From Octopus sinensis (Eukaryota): a stretch of 64,000 nt of DNA. The notes under the pieces are model-generated. The model saw only the letters and a program-made list of their open reading frames with translations. It made no database searches and was not told where the DNA came from. A program made the translations under genes and the position numbers. Shown here one piece after another: positions 36,491 through 49,263 of the stretch (position 1 is its first letter; each line of letters starts with the position of its first letter). The stretch spans positions 9,796,001 through 9,860,000 of the forward strand of contig NC_042998.1 in assembly GCF_006345805.1 (NCBI RefSeq), written 5' to 3'.

Positions 36491-36749
36491 TGGTGAAACT
36501 GAATTCCATCTTTAGATTGCAGACAAGATAGAAAAGGCAATTCCCTAGTTAGTGGGTTCCTGCTCCTTTGTGGACAGGTATCTTTCTATATTTTATATAT
36601 TGTATTCATTTTTAACCTGTTCCATGTTCCCCCCCCCTCCAGCCCTGTTCGTGTGTTGTATGTGGTCAGTACTGCATGTTTTGTAACAATTCTTTCTGCC
36701 TCTAATATTTTGTGTTATAATAGGTAAGTCTTTGATGTTGATAAAAGAA

Positions 36750-36923
36750 ATTACTACTACAACAATTGCTGCTGCTGCTACTACTACTACTACAACTATC
36801 ACCACCACCACCACCACCACCACCACTACTACTACTACTATTACTACTCTTCTGCTGCTATTACTACTCCTACTACTATTGGTGTTGTTGGTGCTAGTGG
36901 CAGTGGTGGAGGTGGTGGTGGTA

Positions 36924-36956
<33 letters not shown>

Positions 36957-36993
36957 GTAGTAGTAGTAGTAGTAGTAGTTGTAGTAGTAGTAA
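36750..36993. repeat. Mosaic triplet microsatellite with quasi-inverted halves
   Basis: (CTA)n/(CCA)n on the left; (TGG)n/(ATT)n/(TAG)n on the right. Confidence 0.8.
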
Positions 36994-37269
36994 CCTTATG
37001 ACTTCCTATTTATGTTCGATACCGGAGGGCAATAAGTAGACTGTCCAAATTTACTTTTGTTCCTCTCTTCTCTCCCTTTACTCTCCCTCGTCACTCTCCC
37101 TCTTTCTCTCCCTCTTTTTCTCCTTCTCTCTTTCACCTTTATCTTTGCTCTCCCCCTCCCCACCTTCCCCTTCCTCCATTGTCTTTCCACCAATTGTATT
37201 AAGTATTAAGTCATATTTAAAGAAACAATGGCCCTGGCATTCATTCATAATCAGCACCTCTTACTCATG

Positions 37270-37950
37270 CACACACACGCACACAGATACACACACACAC
37301 ACACACACACACCACACACACACACACACACATATGCTCACACATATATGAATGCATGTCTGTGCATGCATATGAGTGCATGGTCATGTGTGCATACGTG
37401 CATGAATGTACACACGTATTAGCATGCTTCTTCCATGTGAGTGTGCATGCATACACACAGACACACATACATACAAATACACACAGACACACACACACAC
37501 ACACATCACACACAGACACACACACATCAGACACACACAGACACACACACACACACACAGACACACAAACGCACAAACACATCACACACACACACAGACA
37601 CACAAACACACAAACACATCACACACACACAGACACACATCACACACACACACATCACACACACACACACATCACACACACACACATCACACACACACAC
37701 ACACAGACACACAGACACACAAACACATCACACACACACATCACACACACACACACAGAGACACACACACACATCACACACACACACACAGAGACACACA
37801 CACACATCACACACACACACACACATCACACACACACATCACACACACACACACAAACACACAAACACATCACACACACACAGACACACACAAACACACA
37901 CACACACATCACACACACACACAGACACACACACACACACAGATACACAC
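37270..37950. repeat. (CA)n-derived minisatellite (units like acacatcacacacacacag)
   Basis: Seen directly; the His/Thr ORFs here are repeat artefacts. Confidence 0.92.
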
Positions 37951-38164
37951 GCACATCAGACATGCTTACTGGGAGAATCATGCACAGAGAGAAGATATGT
38001 TCCAGTCAATTTATGTCGAAAATCATTGAATCTCGTTAGATAAAGTATGTCAGTAAGTACCAAATATAGATTGAGAATGGAGCTAACCATATAGGAAAGC
38101 CATTTCAGCATAAGTCAGGTTTATAACAACAACAACAACAATGCTAATGGTTTCAAATTTTGCC

Positions 38165-38290
38165 ACATGACCTGCCATTTTGGGAGAGAGGTCGATTACG
38201 TCAACCGCAGTATGTCACTGATTTATCAGCCCTGAAAGGATGAAAGGCAAAGTCGACCTTGGCGGCATTTGAACTCAGAATGTAGTGACA
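38165..38290 (-). mobile_element. SINE family C partial
   Basis: tgaaaggatgaaaggcaaagtcgaccttggcggcatttgaactcagaa. Confidence 0.75.
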
Positions 38291-38327
38291 GGTAAACCAC
38301 AGCACATAACCAAGGCACACAAAGCTT

Positions 38328-38895
38328 GCAGTACCAGGCAGTGGCTCTCATGGCTTCTGATCTTACCTGATTAGAAGTGTTATCATGTACATTGTTTTGT
38401 CTTGGTATAAAAAGATGGACTACAGCAAATATTCTGCTCAATACCACAGATTTGCTTGTCAGTTGTTTAACCTTAACCAGTTGAGCATGTCCCTTAGTGG
38501 CTGACAATATATGCATCTCTGATCATGAGCAGAAGTTGTAGGGGAGCATCATAGCCATGTGTTGAGAGGGTTTCTCTGGGGTTTGAATAATTCATCTCTG
38601 GAAACATGGGTGTTTCATTCAACATCCTTAAACAACCCTTATTCAGGGACCTTTTGAGTGGGATGGGCAACTCGACCAGAAGAAAATTCTAACTGGGCCC
38701 CCACCTGCAAGGTCATGTGCTGTTTATCTTGATATGAGATCACCATGTCGCGCACATATGGTTGTGATGCGTGTGCCTGGTGTACCCTTATCAGACGTGT
38801 AGTCATGGTGGGTATACTAGGCTTCGTATATTTTACCCCAGTGTCACTTTGGTGGCATGAACTGCTCTCTCACATAACAATAATGATAATATTAA
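38328..38895 (+). mobile_element. Unclassified ~570-bp non-coding retro-like repeat (family D) with (AAT)n tail
   Basis: Collinear with 49927-50505. Confidence 0.75.
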
Positions 38896-39029
38896 TGATT
38901 TCTTTTATTTGCCACCAGGGCAAAAGATGAGGGGGACAATACAAAGACAAAGTGTTGGGTTTTACATATGATGAAATAATAAAATAAAAAGTATACACGG
39001 TATACATTAGAAGGAAAGTATATATAGTA

Positions 39030-39432
39030 CTAGCAGTATCACCCGGCGTTGCTCGGGTTTGTAAGGGAAATAACTATATAAGCATTTTTAGAGATGTAAA
39101 GTATAATAGCCATCTCAATATGGTTAACCACAAAGGGGGGGGGGGGTGTTACTGTACCTTTTTACGTTCTGAGATTTAATAATAATTTTTTTAGAGAGTT
39201 ACTTCCCTTATATATGCCAAAAATGCATTAAAAAATGGGAAAAATTGATGGTAAATTTTTTTTTAAATCGTAGACTCATCGTAGACGCGCACTAATACCC
39301 AGAAGGGCTCGATATGTATGACGACTATAAGATACCCGGTTTTGGTTAAACTGCACCGCAAAATGTGGGAGTAGTTAGGAATCTAAATCGTAGGAGACAG
39401 ATAGCACACAACCTCACTTTTATATATACAGA
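39030..39432 (-). mobile_element. Non-autonomous Helitron
   Basis: Revcomp of the 29767-30161 variant. Confidence 0.87.
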
Positions 39433-39439
39433 TATGATA

Positions 39440-42142
39440 CTAGAAAAAAAGTGATAGTGATGTGGTCCCTCTGATACAGGAGAACTTCTAGGGACAATCA
39501 AGGAACCCCACCATCCAAGATCACCCTGAATACTAAGGACAAGAGCCCTCTCCAACTCACAGGTCTACACTGAGAGTGGTATAATCCACTCTTGCCATTT
39601 TCGCAACTTTCACCCACCTTTCCATAAATTCACTCAAAGACAGCTCCTCTCTCTCCACCCTCACTTTCCTTTTCAAGTGAAAACTTAAAAAGTCTATGAG
39701 GGCTTTACCAAAGAGGAATGTTTCTGTCCTCGTTCCTTTTGCCACAGCCACCAGACAGGAAAACTGCATTGCCTGTACGATTAAAGGAGGGGGCGGGGCA
39801 ATCATCATTATGGAATCACCTGACAGAGTGACAGCAGCTGATTATCCATAGTAATCTCCGACCAGAAAATCCTCCGGAATAGACTTGCCACTTCGTCTTC
39901 GTCGACGCCTAGGGTCTCCCTGAGGACGTAGTTGCACTTCCCTACTACTAATTTTATGTATGTAGCTTAAGTAGAACAATCACCGATCCTATTGCCCGAC
40001 TTGTAGAGGACAGTGAGCGTCTGATGACATTTTAAGTTCCAGGCGCTGTCTCTGCCTATCCTTTATCCAGGACTGCAGCTCCGTCAAGGAGACGCGCTGC
40101 AAAAAGGCGTGTCTCATAAACGGAGCCCACATACGTTCACCTTCTAGAAATCGTTGCAGGTGGCGCAACCTGATTGCGTGTCTGTGCATCAAAAGCCATG
40201 GCATGCCTAAGCCTCCACGCAGAGGGAGATGGCAGCAGATCGACCGCCTGACCATTGAAACGCGTCCGTTCCACAAGAAAAACAGGATACGTTCCAATCT
40301 AATCAAGTAGTAAGTGGGGCAAGGCATAACGGTCAGACGATAAATAATGACAGAGGCGACGTAGACATTCGCCACTTCAACCTAACCTTTCAAGGACAAC
40401 TTCCTTTCTGCCCATTTCTGGGTAAGACAGGCCACTCTCTTCCAAATACCAGTCCCCGAGCAGTTTAACTGGTCCGTCAGTCCAGCGTCCGACGGCATCG
40501 ATCTACTTCTTCAGGAGCTCAGTCGCAATCCCACCGACTTGTCGGCGTTAATTTTGGTCCTTGCAATCGACTCATATTCCTTTACAATGAAGCCCTGCGT
40601 CTCCACTTCGGAGGCACCGACATCCTGACAGTGATGTCGTCTGTCTAACGCAGACACTGCCCACCTGAGTCTAATTTCAAAAGGGAGGCCTCTTAACTGT
40701 TCCAATTTCCGCAACAATGGCTCGAGAGCAGCACTTACAGAAGAGGTGACAGTGGGTAGTCCTGACAGACCGAACGTGCGATATTAAACGGTTCCGATAG
40801 GTGGCCATTTACTTTGACCACCGAGCAGGTACTGCTGTGAATTGCAGCAATCCAGCCTCTGGAAACGGGTCCGAAATCGGCCGCTTTAAGGACTACTTCC
40901 AAGTAGCAATGATCTACTCTATCGAAAGCTTTCGACTGATCTAAATTGATCAGGGCGCCACCGAAACCAGCTTTAGTCCCAGCCTTCTCTACGATGTTTC
41001 ACATAAGGTGGATATTGTCGTGGATAGACCTACTAGGGATTTTGTGCCTCCCCGACCAGATTACCAACGACAAGCGCCAACCTTTTCGTTAACACCTTGG
41101 CCACAATCTTAAACTCTGTGTTTAGCAAAGTTATCGGCCGAAAATTCCCTAGTACTTCCCCATTATCGGCGTCCTTTCTCAGCAGTGTTACTACATCCCG
41201 GCTAACAACACAAGGAATTCTCCTGTTCTGCTGCCAGTTACTATAGACATCAGCCAAAAGGCTGCCAAACTAATCTGGCATGAAAACATAGAATTCGTAT
41301 GACAGACCATTCAAACCGGGTGAGTTGCGACTTGTGCAATCGCTCATCGCTTCCTGTATTTCGGTGGCAGAGTCTCGCGTCCGTTACCGAGAGCCGTGGT
41401 AAACCGTCTAGGTCCAAAGTAAAGTCCGCTACTGTCGTCGACCCATCACCCTCCTCAAACAGCCACGCAAAGTGCTGCTGGAAAGCCACACACATCTGCT
41501 CAGAACCAAGTAATATGCATCCGTCCTGATCCATCAAAGACTTGTTCGTGGTTTTGTTCTCACGTCGCGTCTCTACTTCGTCCTAAGTGTTTAAACACAC
41601 GGACCTTAGCTCTGACAACGCACCCTTCGTGTTTCACCTCAAAGAAATGGTCAAGGGCCATTCTTGTCGCTAACACGTTGGTCTCGATGCCTTTACTAAT
41701 AGACTCTTCTATTTTCCCTCTTATCTATTTCTTTCTGTTGCTAAATCTTTGCTAAACGCTATCGATTCTACTCTAATCGTTCTCTTCAGAGCGATCCACC
41801 ATCGGTTGTTGACGTAGTCCCCGTCAACTGCTGTTTAACTAGTTCGCTAATCCAGTCCCTGTAGATTTTGCGAGCCGGTAAGGACGCATTCAACTTCCAG
41901 TAACCGGGTCCTATCTAAATCGACTGGGCATATAAGAAATTTGTGATCTGTGTAGCCGACAATTTAAATTGTGGACAACCTATGTTATCCCTATCTTCTA
42001 ACCTAACAAATACTCTATCTAAATACGATCTGGACGACTCGCTATGGCTGCTCCATGTTCGCATTGGCACACTAGGGAAATCCAGTCGGCACCTGTCAGA
42101 AAGTTGGAAAGTCCTGAGCAGGTTTTCGAGGCTTTTACACCC
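39440..42142 (-). mobile_element. Tx1/L1-like LINE ORF2 relic (end of APE domain, RT, C-terminus)
   Basis: YLDRVFV, SPGLNGL(SY)E, FRPITLLNTEFKIVAKVL, INLDQSKAFDR, INADKS, LFFLWNG..GGLG; many stops and frameshifts. Confidence 0.88.
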
Positions 42143-42380
42143 TGTTATATAATCATCACAACAAACATGAACAATCAACGTCGCCCATTGTCTCCCTTGA
42201 TAAAAGGACTTTCACTTTGTTTCCCGCCAAAACAATTAACTTGTACAACAACGGCAGTCGAATAAAGTATCTTGTATCGTTAACACGTTGTTTCAGTCTC
42301 TCTCATTTTCTTAATCTTTCATACTAAGTACTCACTACTTCCTTTAATACTCAATACATTATATATATATAACAACAACA

Positions 42381-42391
42381 TGGTGTCAGAA
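42381..42391 (+). promoter_or_regulatory. Primer-binding site (tRNA-Leu-like) of Gypsy copy 1
   Basis: TGGTGTCAGAA directly after the 5' LTR; the tRNA identity is from memory. Confidence 0.7.
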
Positions 42392-45300
42392 TACTAAAAG
42401 AACCCAAAAAATACAGAAACCAAAGGAAAAAGAAGTTGAAATCATACTTCAAAGACGAAATGGAAAATTTACCGCATCCAAAAGACCTAGACTTTAATCA
42501 GAAAATCTAGCCGCAGCATGGAAAAAGTGGAAAAAAGAATTCAATCTCTTTTTGATAGCAACAGAAAGTGACATGAAGCCAGACAAAGTAAAAACTTCAA
42601 TGTTTTTAACTTGCATCGGTTCTAAAGGCCGAGATATCCATTCCACACTGGATTTCGATTCACCCGACGAAGAATTGAACCTTCAGACAGTAATCGAAAA
42701 ATTCGATGCATATTGTGAACCCAGGAAAAACATAACTTTCCTAAGACACAAATTCTTCACATGTGGACAAGCGGAACATCAAAAATTCGATGAGTACGTA
42801 GTAGAGTTGCGCCAAAAGGCACAACAGTGCGAATTCGGCAACCTCACAGACAGTCTCACCAAAGATATTCTGATATGTGGAATCAGAGACATGAGATTAA
42901 GAGAAAGATTATTGAGAGAACCAAATTTAGACCTACAAAAAGCAATTCAAGCAGGTCAGAGTGCAGAGCAAACACGACTCCAATCAAGGATGCTAAATGC
43001 CACATCCGAAACAAGAGATAACGAAATCTCGAGGGTATATAGTCAATACGACAGAAAAGGCGCCAAAACCCAAATAACCCGCCATATGCAATCCAGACAT
43101 CAAAACGAACAAGGCGGAAGTGACAGAAAGCCCGCGAAGTTTCAAGCGCCAAGTCAACACTACGTCACTAACTGTCACTATTGTGGTTATAATCACAAAA
43201 GAAATAAATGCCCAGCATTTCACAAGACATGTGAAAAATGCAAGAAACAAGGACACTATGCAAAAATGTGCAAATCAAGAAAATTTGTACATAAAGTAGA
43301 GATACATACCGACGATGAATCAGATGACGATACACATGCACTCGAAATGATCACTGCAAATAATTCCCGCGTGCACAAAATCGAAAAGTTCAAGACTCCA
43401 AAAGACATTTGGACGGTCGAACTAAAAGTGAACAACTCGAATGTAACATTCAAAATAGATACAGGAGCAGACGTAACCGTACTGCCATTCAGAGAATATA
43501 GAAATATAATTCCAAAACCACAACTGCAAAAAACTTCAACTCGATTATCAGCTTATAATAACACAGCTATAAAAGTGCTAGGAAAATGCACAGCAGTCAT
43601 TAAATACAAAGGATTATCAAAGCAAATAAAATTCATTGTTGCAAAAACAAACTCGCACGCAGTTATAGATGCAAAGACAGCTAAAGATCTGAACCTGATT
43701 CAGAGAATTTCAAAAATAAATTCGTCGAACACAAACGACATATTAGAAAAATATGAAGACTGTTTCGGAGAAATCGGCACTTTGTCAATAACACATCATA
43801 TCACAGTGGATCCACAAATAACTCCTGTAATTCATCCACCAAGATCGGTTCCTTTTTCTATAAAGAAAACTCAACAAAGAATTAAAAAGAATGACAGAAT
43901 TAGATATCATAAAACCTGTTAGTGAACCTACAGACTGGGTAAATTCCCTAGTCATCGTTGAAAAAGCCAACGGAAAACTCCGACTCTGTTTAGACCCCAA
44001 GAATCTAAACAAAGCCATAAAAAGGCAACATTTCAACTCCCTACAGCGGAGGACATTTTTGCACAAATGCATAACCCTAAATATTTTTCAAAACTCGATG
44101 CATCTAATGGATACTGGCAAATTCCAGTTGACGAAGAAAGCTCCCATCTTTTAACGTTCAACAAACCTTTTGGAAGGTATCGCTTCACACGACTACTCTT
44201 TGAATTCACAGCGCCAGTGAAGTTTTCCAAAAAGAAATTTCAAAAATAATAGAGGGCATAGAAGGAGCAAGAAATTCACAGGATGACATCATATCTGGTC
44301 CAACACTTTAGAAGAACACACAAATAGACTACAACAAGTTTTCGATCGAATCCGAAAGCACGGATTAAAGTTAAATAAATCAAAGTGTATCTTCTATGAA
44401 TCACAAATCAAGTACCTTGGGCATATATTAACCAGCGAAGGGATAAAACAAGATCCAACCAAAGTACAAGCAATCATTCACATGCCACTGCCAACAAGTA
44501 AAAAAGAATTACAAAGATATGATTTTGACCTAAACCACATACCTGGTAAAGAATGAATTGTTGCAGATACCCTATCACGTGCATACCTTGAGCAAAATAC
44601 TCCAGAAGTACCAGACGAAGATATGAAATCGCACATTCATGCAGTAATAAAAAATTACCCCATAACCGACACTAATTAAAAGAGTATAAAGAAGCCACTG
44701 CAGACGACCCGTCTCTACAGACACTCGTCACATATACAAGAACAGAATGGCCCCCAAAAGACAAAATACCAATAAACATCAAATCATTCGTATCCGTTCG
44801 TGATGAAATATCAATCGTCAATGGTCTCGTTCTAAAAGGTTCAAGAATAATTGTACCTAAGTCATTACGTAGAGAAGCTCTACAGGAAATACATACCGAC
44901 ACATGGGTATCGAAAAATGCATAGAGAGAGCGAAGGAATGTATATACTGGCCCGGCATTAACGCTCAAATCAAGACATGATTAACACATGCTCATACTGC
45001 ATTGACTACAAAAATCAACAAGCAGCCGAACCACTAATAAATCATGAAATACCTACTACACCATGGACCAAAGTGGGTACAGACGTATTTCACCTGTCTG
45101 GAAATTCGTATGTCACAATTATTGACTATACAGATTTTTTGATCTACACGAAATAAATGATTGCCAGTCAAAAACCGTAATCAAAAAATTAAAAGAAACT
45201 TTTGCTAAATTCGGAATTCCGCAAACAGTTGTAAGTGACAACGGTCCAGAATTCAATTCGGCTGAATTCAAAAAATTTGCAAAAAATTGGCATTTTCATC

Positions 45301-45920
45301 ACACGAAGACAAGCCCGCATTATCATCAAGCGAATGGCATGGTTGAGAGAAATATACAGACAATAAAAAAGACGCTAAAAAAGGCATTCAAAAGTGACGA
45401 AGAACCTCAGTTAGCGCTCTTAGCATTACGCACGACTAAATTACAAAATGGTGCACCATCTCCTGCAAATCAAATAATGAAAAGAACATTGCGAACAAAT
45501 CTCCCAAACATATTACACGACAAAATTGGTATCAGGCCTCACGAAAAGAAGAAATCAAACATTACAACAGAACTCCCAGAGTTAAAACCACACGACACGG
45601 TTAGAATTAAGTTTAACAACAATTGGTTTAGAAGGGGCAAAATAATTAAAAAACTAGAGCAACCTCGTTCATACTTAGTAATAACAGAGGAAGGTAATAC
45701 AGTCAAACGAAATAGACAACATATTCTTAAAACAAACGAACACGTTCGCATAACAGAAGAATTAGATTATGAAAATATATTTCCAAGTCAACAAACACGC
45801 ATGAAAAAACAAAAACAGCACAACTACAGAATTCAACACTACAAAATAATAAAACCACAAAAAGTGGACGACGAATAATTATTCGCTGTAGATACAGATG
45901 ATATAAAAAAAAAATTTAAA

Positions 45921-45935
45921 AAAAAAAAAGGAAGA
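45921..45935 (+). promoter_or_regulatory. Polypurine tract of Gypsy copy 1
   Basis: aaaaaaaaaggaaga immediately before the 3' LTR. Confidence 0.85.
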
Positions 45936-46178
45936 TGTTATATAATCATCACAACAAACATGAACAATCAACGTCGCCCATTGTCTCCCTTGATAAAAGG
46001 ACTTTCACTTTGTTTCCCGCCAAAACAATTAACTTGTACAACAACGGCAGTCGAATAAAGTATCTTGTATCGTTAACACGTTGTTTCAGTCTCTCTCATT
46101 TTCTTAATCTTTCATACTAAGTACTCACTACTTCCTTTAATACTCAATACATTATATATATATAACAACAACACACCC

Positions 46179-46690
46179 CACTTCTACTGTGTACTAAACC
46201 CACACACTACTCCCGTGCGGCCACAATACTATTCCAGTCCCTCACTAGTACTGAAGTGCGAGACGTTCCCAAGAATGTTTCTAGGCGCCTGAAGAAATCT
46301 GGCTTTCCAGCCCCTGTTGGGGCATAAACCACCACCAGTCTAAAGGCGCCACCTTCGCTGCCATTCACGTCCAGGACCACCACTTGCCATCTGGGTCCAG
46401 GAAAATAGTCCGTACTTGGAGATCTTAGGATTCCCGGAGTAGCACTGCTACACCACTGTTAGCTCCTGATAGACCACAAGATGCTAGAGCGTGTTTTCCG
46501 GAGATCCGTGATTCACTAAAGGCAGTCACATCCAAATCAAGCGACCTGAGATCATTGAGCAAGTGACCTTGCTTCCAGGCCACGCACATTCACAGACCCT
46601 ATTCTCAGCACAGCCATACTAGCCGAAGAAAGAAAATGAGGAGGTTACTCACCTTGATTTTCGAGAAGCCCGGAATATCCAGGCCCCTCT
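46179..46690 (-). mobile_element. Tx1/L1-like LINE APE endonuclease N-part (continuation of 39440-42142)
   Basis: LRIGSVNVRGL..LDVTAFSESR..GDWN; rejoining across the TSD restores GCKSLENLL. Confidence 0.82.
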
Positions 46691-46729
46691 ACTGGCGAAA
46701 ATCTTTTAAAAGGCGCAACAACCTTTTGT

Positions 46730-47400
46730 CAACTGATTTTTTTAAAAAATCCCCTCACGACATTTTTTTCTCTTATAGTTTTATAAACGTCTGAGAACGT
46801 TTTAATTAAAAATCTGTCCTTCGGAGTTTTGAGGATGAAATCCTCAAATTCCTTTCCCTCTGTCTCTATTTTGTTTTTGTTTTGACTTACAAAATCCATC
46901 AATTCACTGTTGCACTTGTTCACAACAGTGAAATTGATGAATACATTTCCTCTACAGTCTGATGAATATTTTTGTTTTTGAAATTCTGCAATTGGTTATT
47001 TCTGTGTTTCTGTGATTTCATGCTGTAGTTGATGATGTTGCTGTTTTTATGTTGTTGTTCTTGCTCTTGTTGTTTTTTGTTGGAGTGGTTATGAATTGTG
47101 TGGTTTCAGAATATGTTTTTGTTGATTTCTCGGAGTAGGGAGGGCTACGTACTCTCCTCCTCTTTCCCCTCCCCATTTTTGTCACTGTGATCCCTTGATC
47201 GTTCAGCTCTTCTTTCTCCAAGGTAGAGCATTAAGGAGAAGCTTGCTTTTCCATGGCAACTGGAGGTAGACTCCTTCTATGTCTTGGTTTGGGAGTGGGT
47301 GAGAGCGTTGGTGTGGGTGTAGAAATCTTGAGCACTTGTTCATGATTTTGCGGTTTTAGTGTTTGTAGCGTTGGGAACAGCGGGAGTTTATTTTTTCTTG
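46730..47400 (-). pseudogene. Possible LINE ORF1 C-terminal relic
   Basis: Basic, low-complexity frames upstream of the APE domain; no diagnostic motif. Confidence 0.35.
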
Positions 47401-47434
47401 TTTCAGGGCAGAAAGCCTTTAAGTGAGTGACAGA

Positions 47435-47830
47435 TCTCATCATCATTGTTCGACCGTGGTCGAGACAATGGAATTTCCCATGCTACGCCAGACTTCACGG
47501 TCCATTACGGAGGTCCTGTTGCTGGATGCCTGTATCCCTGGAGATTACATCAGGGTAGGAGAGTGTGCGCCCTCTGGTGTTGCGAGTAGATGGCTTCCAA
47601 AGGAGAAGAGTAGAAATTACCTCTTTTTCAGCTCTACAACAATGTCCAGCAAACTGGACTCTCCTACCTTTCACAAGAGATGACACAGGTGGTAGTTTCC
47701 CATATATTTGCATTTTGGTTGGATGACGCTTCCACGAGAGATTTTGAGCTCTCATAAGGAGGCGAGTGTAGGTTCCATCCAACCGCTTCTACATATATGG
47801 CATCTTGGCTTTCCACCCTCCACTAACACC
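47435..47830 (-). mobile_element. RTE-X-like LINE 3' fragment
   Basis: DGTYTRLLMRAQNLSWKRH..RRVQFAGHCCR..LLLWKP..RG..YPDV..DTG; (TGA)n tail. Confidence 0.8.
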
Positions 47831-47994
47831 GGCAGGTGAGTACCATCCGGGAGATCGATTAGATCGGGCAGCTGGTCGATATGATCCTACTTAGATTGTA
47901 AAGTCAGTTCCATACCTATACCAGACCAGTTTTGCTTAGGTATTTCTTGACCGCCAATATTGTCTTCTTCTTGACCTGCCAGGACAGCTGTCAC

Positions 47995-48409
47995 GGATCT
48001 TTTCGGTTTGATCGGCAGTTTTTTCTAGCGGTGTCATGAAATTGTCACGCATAATTATGACCCTAGTATCGATCTATTGCATTTCAATCTCTTTTAGGGT
48101 TAGGGTTAGGGGTGGGGGGAAGGGTATCTTTTTTTTCTTCACAAATGTAAATAAACCCAATCTGTTTCTTAAACGAGGGACATATTCATACGGCACAGAA
48201 TGTTTTTTACCTCAATAGACGTCATTAATTGGTTGAAATTGCAGAAATTGAAGAAAAAAACAACAAATATCTTACAAACTATAGAATTTTCTCAATAAAG
48301 CCAAGAGAAAAAGATGTTATATAAACACATTCTACCAGTATACGAAGTTAAAAAGTGTTTAGTTACGTGGAAATTACTTTGAAAACTGCCGTTCAAACCG
48401 AAAAGATCC
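47995..48409. mobile_element. MITE with 28-bp GG..CC TIRs, 8-bp TSD and internal (TTAGGG)n (Merlin-like)
   Basis: GGATCTTTTCGGTTTGA(T)CGGCAGTTTT / AAAACTGCCGTTCAAACCGAAAAGATCC; TSD gctgtcac at 47987-47994 and 48410-48417. Confidence 0.85.
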
Positions 48410-48417
48410 GCTGTCAC

Positions 48418-48870
48418 TAACCAGGTGGATATTTCTGACAGCACATTCGACACCCTAATCTTGCCAAGACGCTGGCCGCGATAGCTGGGGATTAAGAAGT
48501 TGTCATTTCTCAAAGTGGTCGCAGAATTACACCTGGCTTCTTCTTCCGTCCCAAATCTCACCTCAATAGTTCCAATATTCTTCCCTCGGGTGATGTGGGT
48601 CTTTTGTTCCCACACGCTTTCCGAAGCATTTTTGTATTTCGCTCTCAGGAGCATTTCCCATCCGCCGAGACTTGACTCCGATGCAATGGTATGTTGCCGT
48701 GCATCTTAAGATGTTCTCTATTACGTCGGATGGTGCGTTTAAAGTTACCCTCCTACCATTCCTTTTAACAATTTTCTTCGCCAGTTTTAAACCTTCATCT
48801 ATGCGGAAATTTTCCATATTTCTCGCCGCAAAAGCAAAAGACGCGGAGGGAATATTCACGTTTATATTTT
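48418..48870 (-). pseudogene. Probable Tx1-like LINE ORF1 relic
   Basis: GTIEVRFGTEEEA..LIPSYRGQR..IRVSNV..EISTWL; recognition is loose. Confidence 0.45.
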
Positions 48871-48873
48871 TCA

Positions 48874-49263
48874 CTAGCAGTATCGCCCGGCGTTGCTCGG
48901 GTTTGTTTCGACCCTTTAGAATTGGAATTTTTGAAAAGTAAAAATTTTGCATTATGTAGCTTGTTATTCTCTTTAAGTGAACATTTTTCTGGTTGAAATA
49001 CACCGAAAAATGACGACACAGCAGTCAAAACATTGTAAATTATAGGGATTTTCATAGAAAAAAAGCACCTTTTTGATGTAAATATTTTTCGGTGTTAACA
49101 TGGTCTGATTTGAATTTTTTCTTCTACGGAAGGAAGAGCAAGCCTTCTTCTATCATACTCTCAATTTTGGTCAACTTGCGCCGCAGGGTCTCGGAGGAGA
49201 TAGTGTTAGTTGAAGGCTACCAAACCTGCCACACACAGACAACTTCAGCTTTATATATATAGA
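48874..49263 (-). mobile_element. Non-autonomous Helitron, different body with the same 3' terminus
   Basis: A|TC..CCCGAGCAACGCCGGGCGATACTGCTAG|T. Confidence 0.82.

Larger units (their letters stand above)
42143..46173 (+). mobile_element. Gypsy/Ty3 (Mag-like) LTR retrotransposon, copy 1, RNase H deleted
   Basis: LTRs 42143-42380 and 45936-46173 (TG..CA, 238 bp, identical by eye); TSD CACCC; gag zinc knuckles CHYCGYNHKRNKC and CEKCKKQGHYAKMC; protease DTGAD; RT SQDD; integrase SDNG..GMVER; ATG at 42460. Confidence 0.96.
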
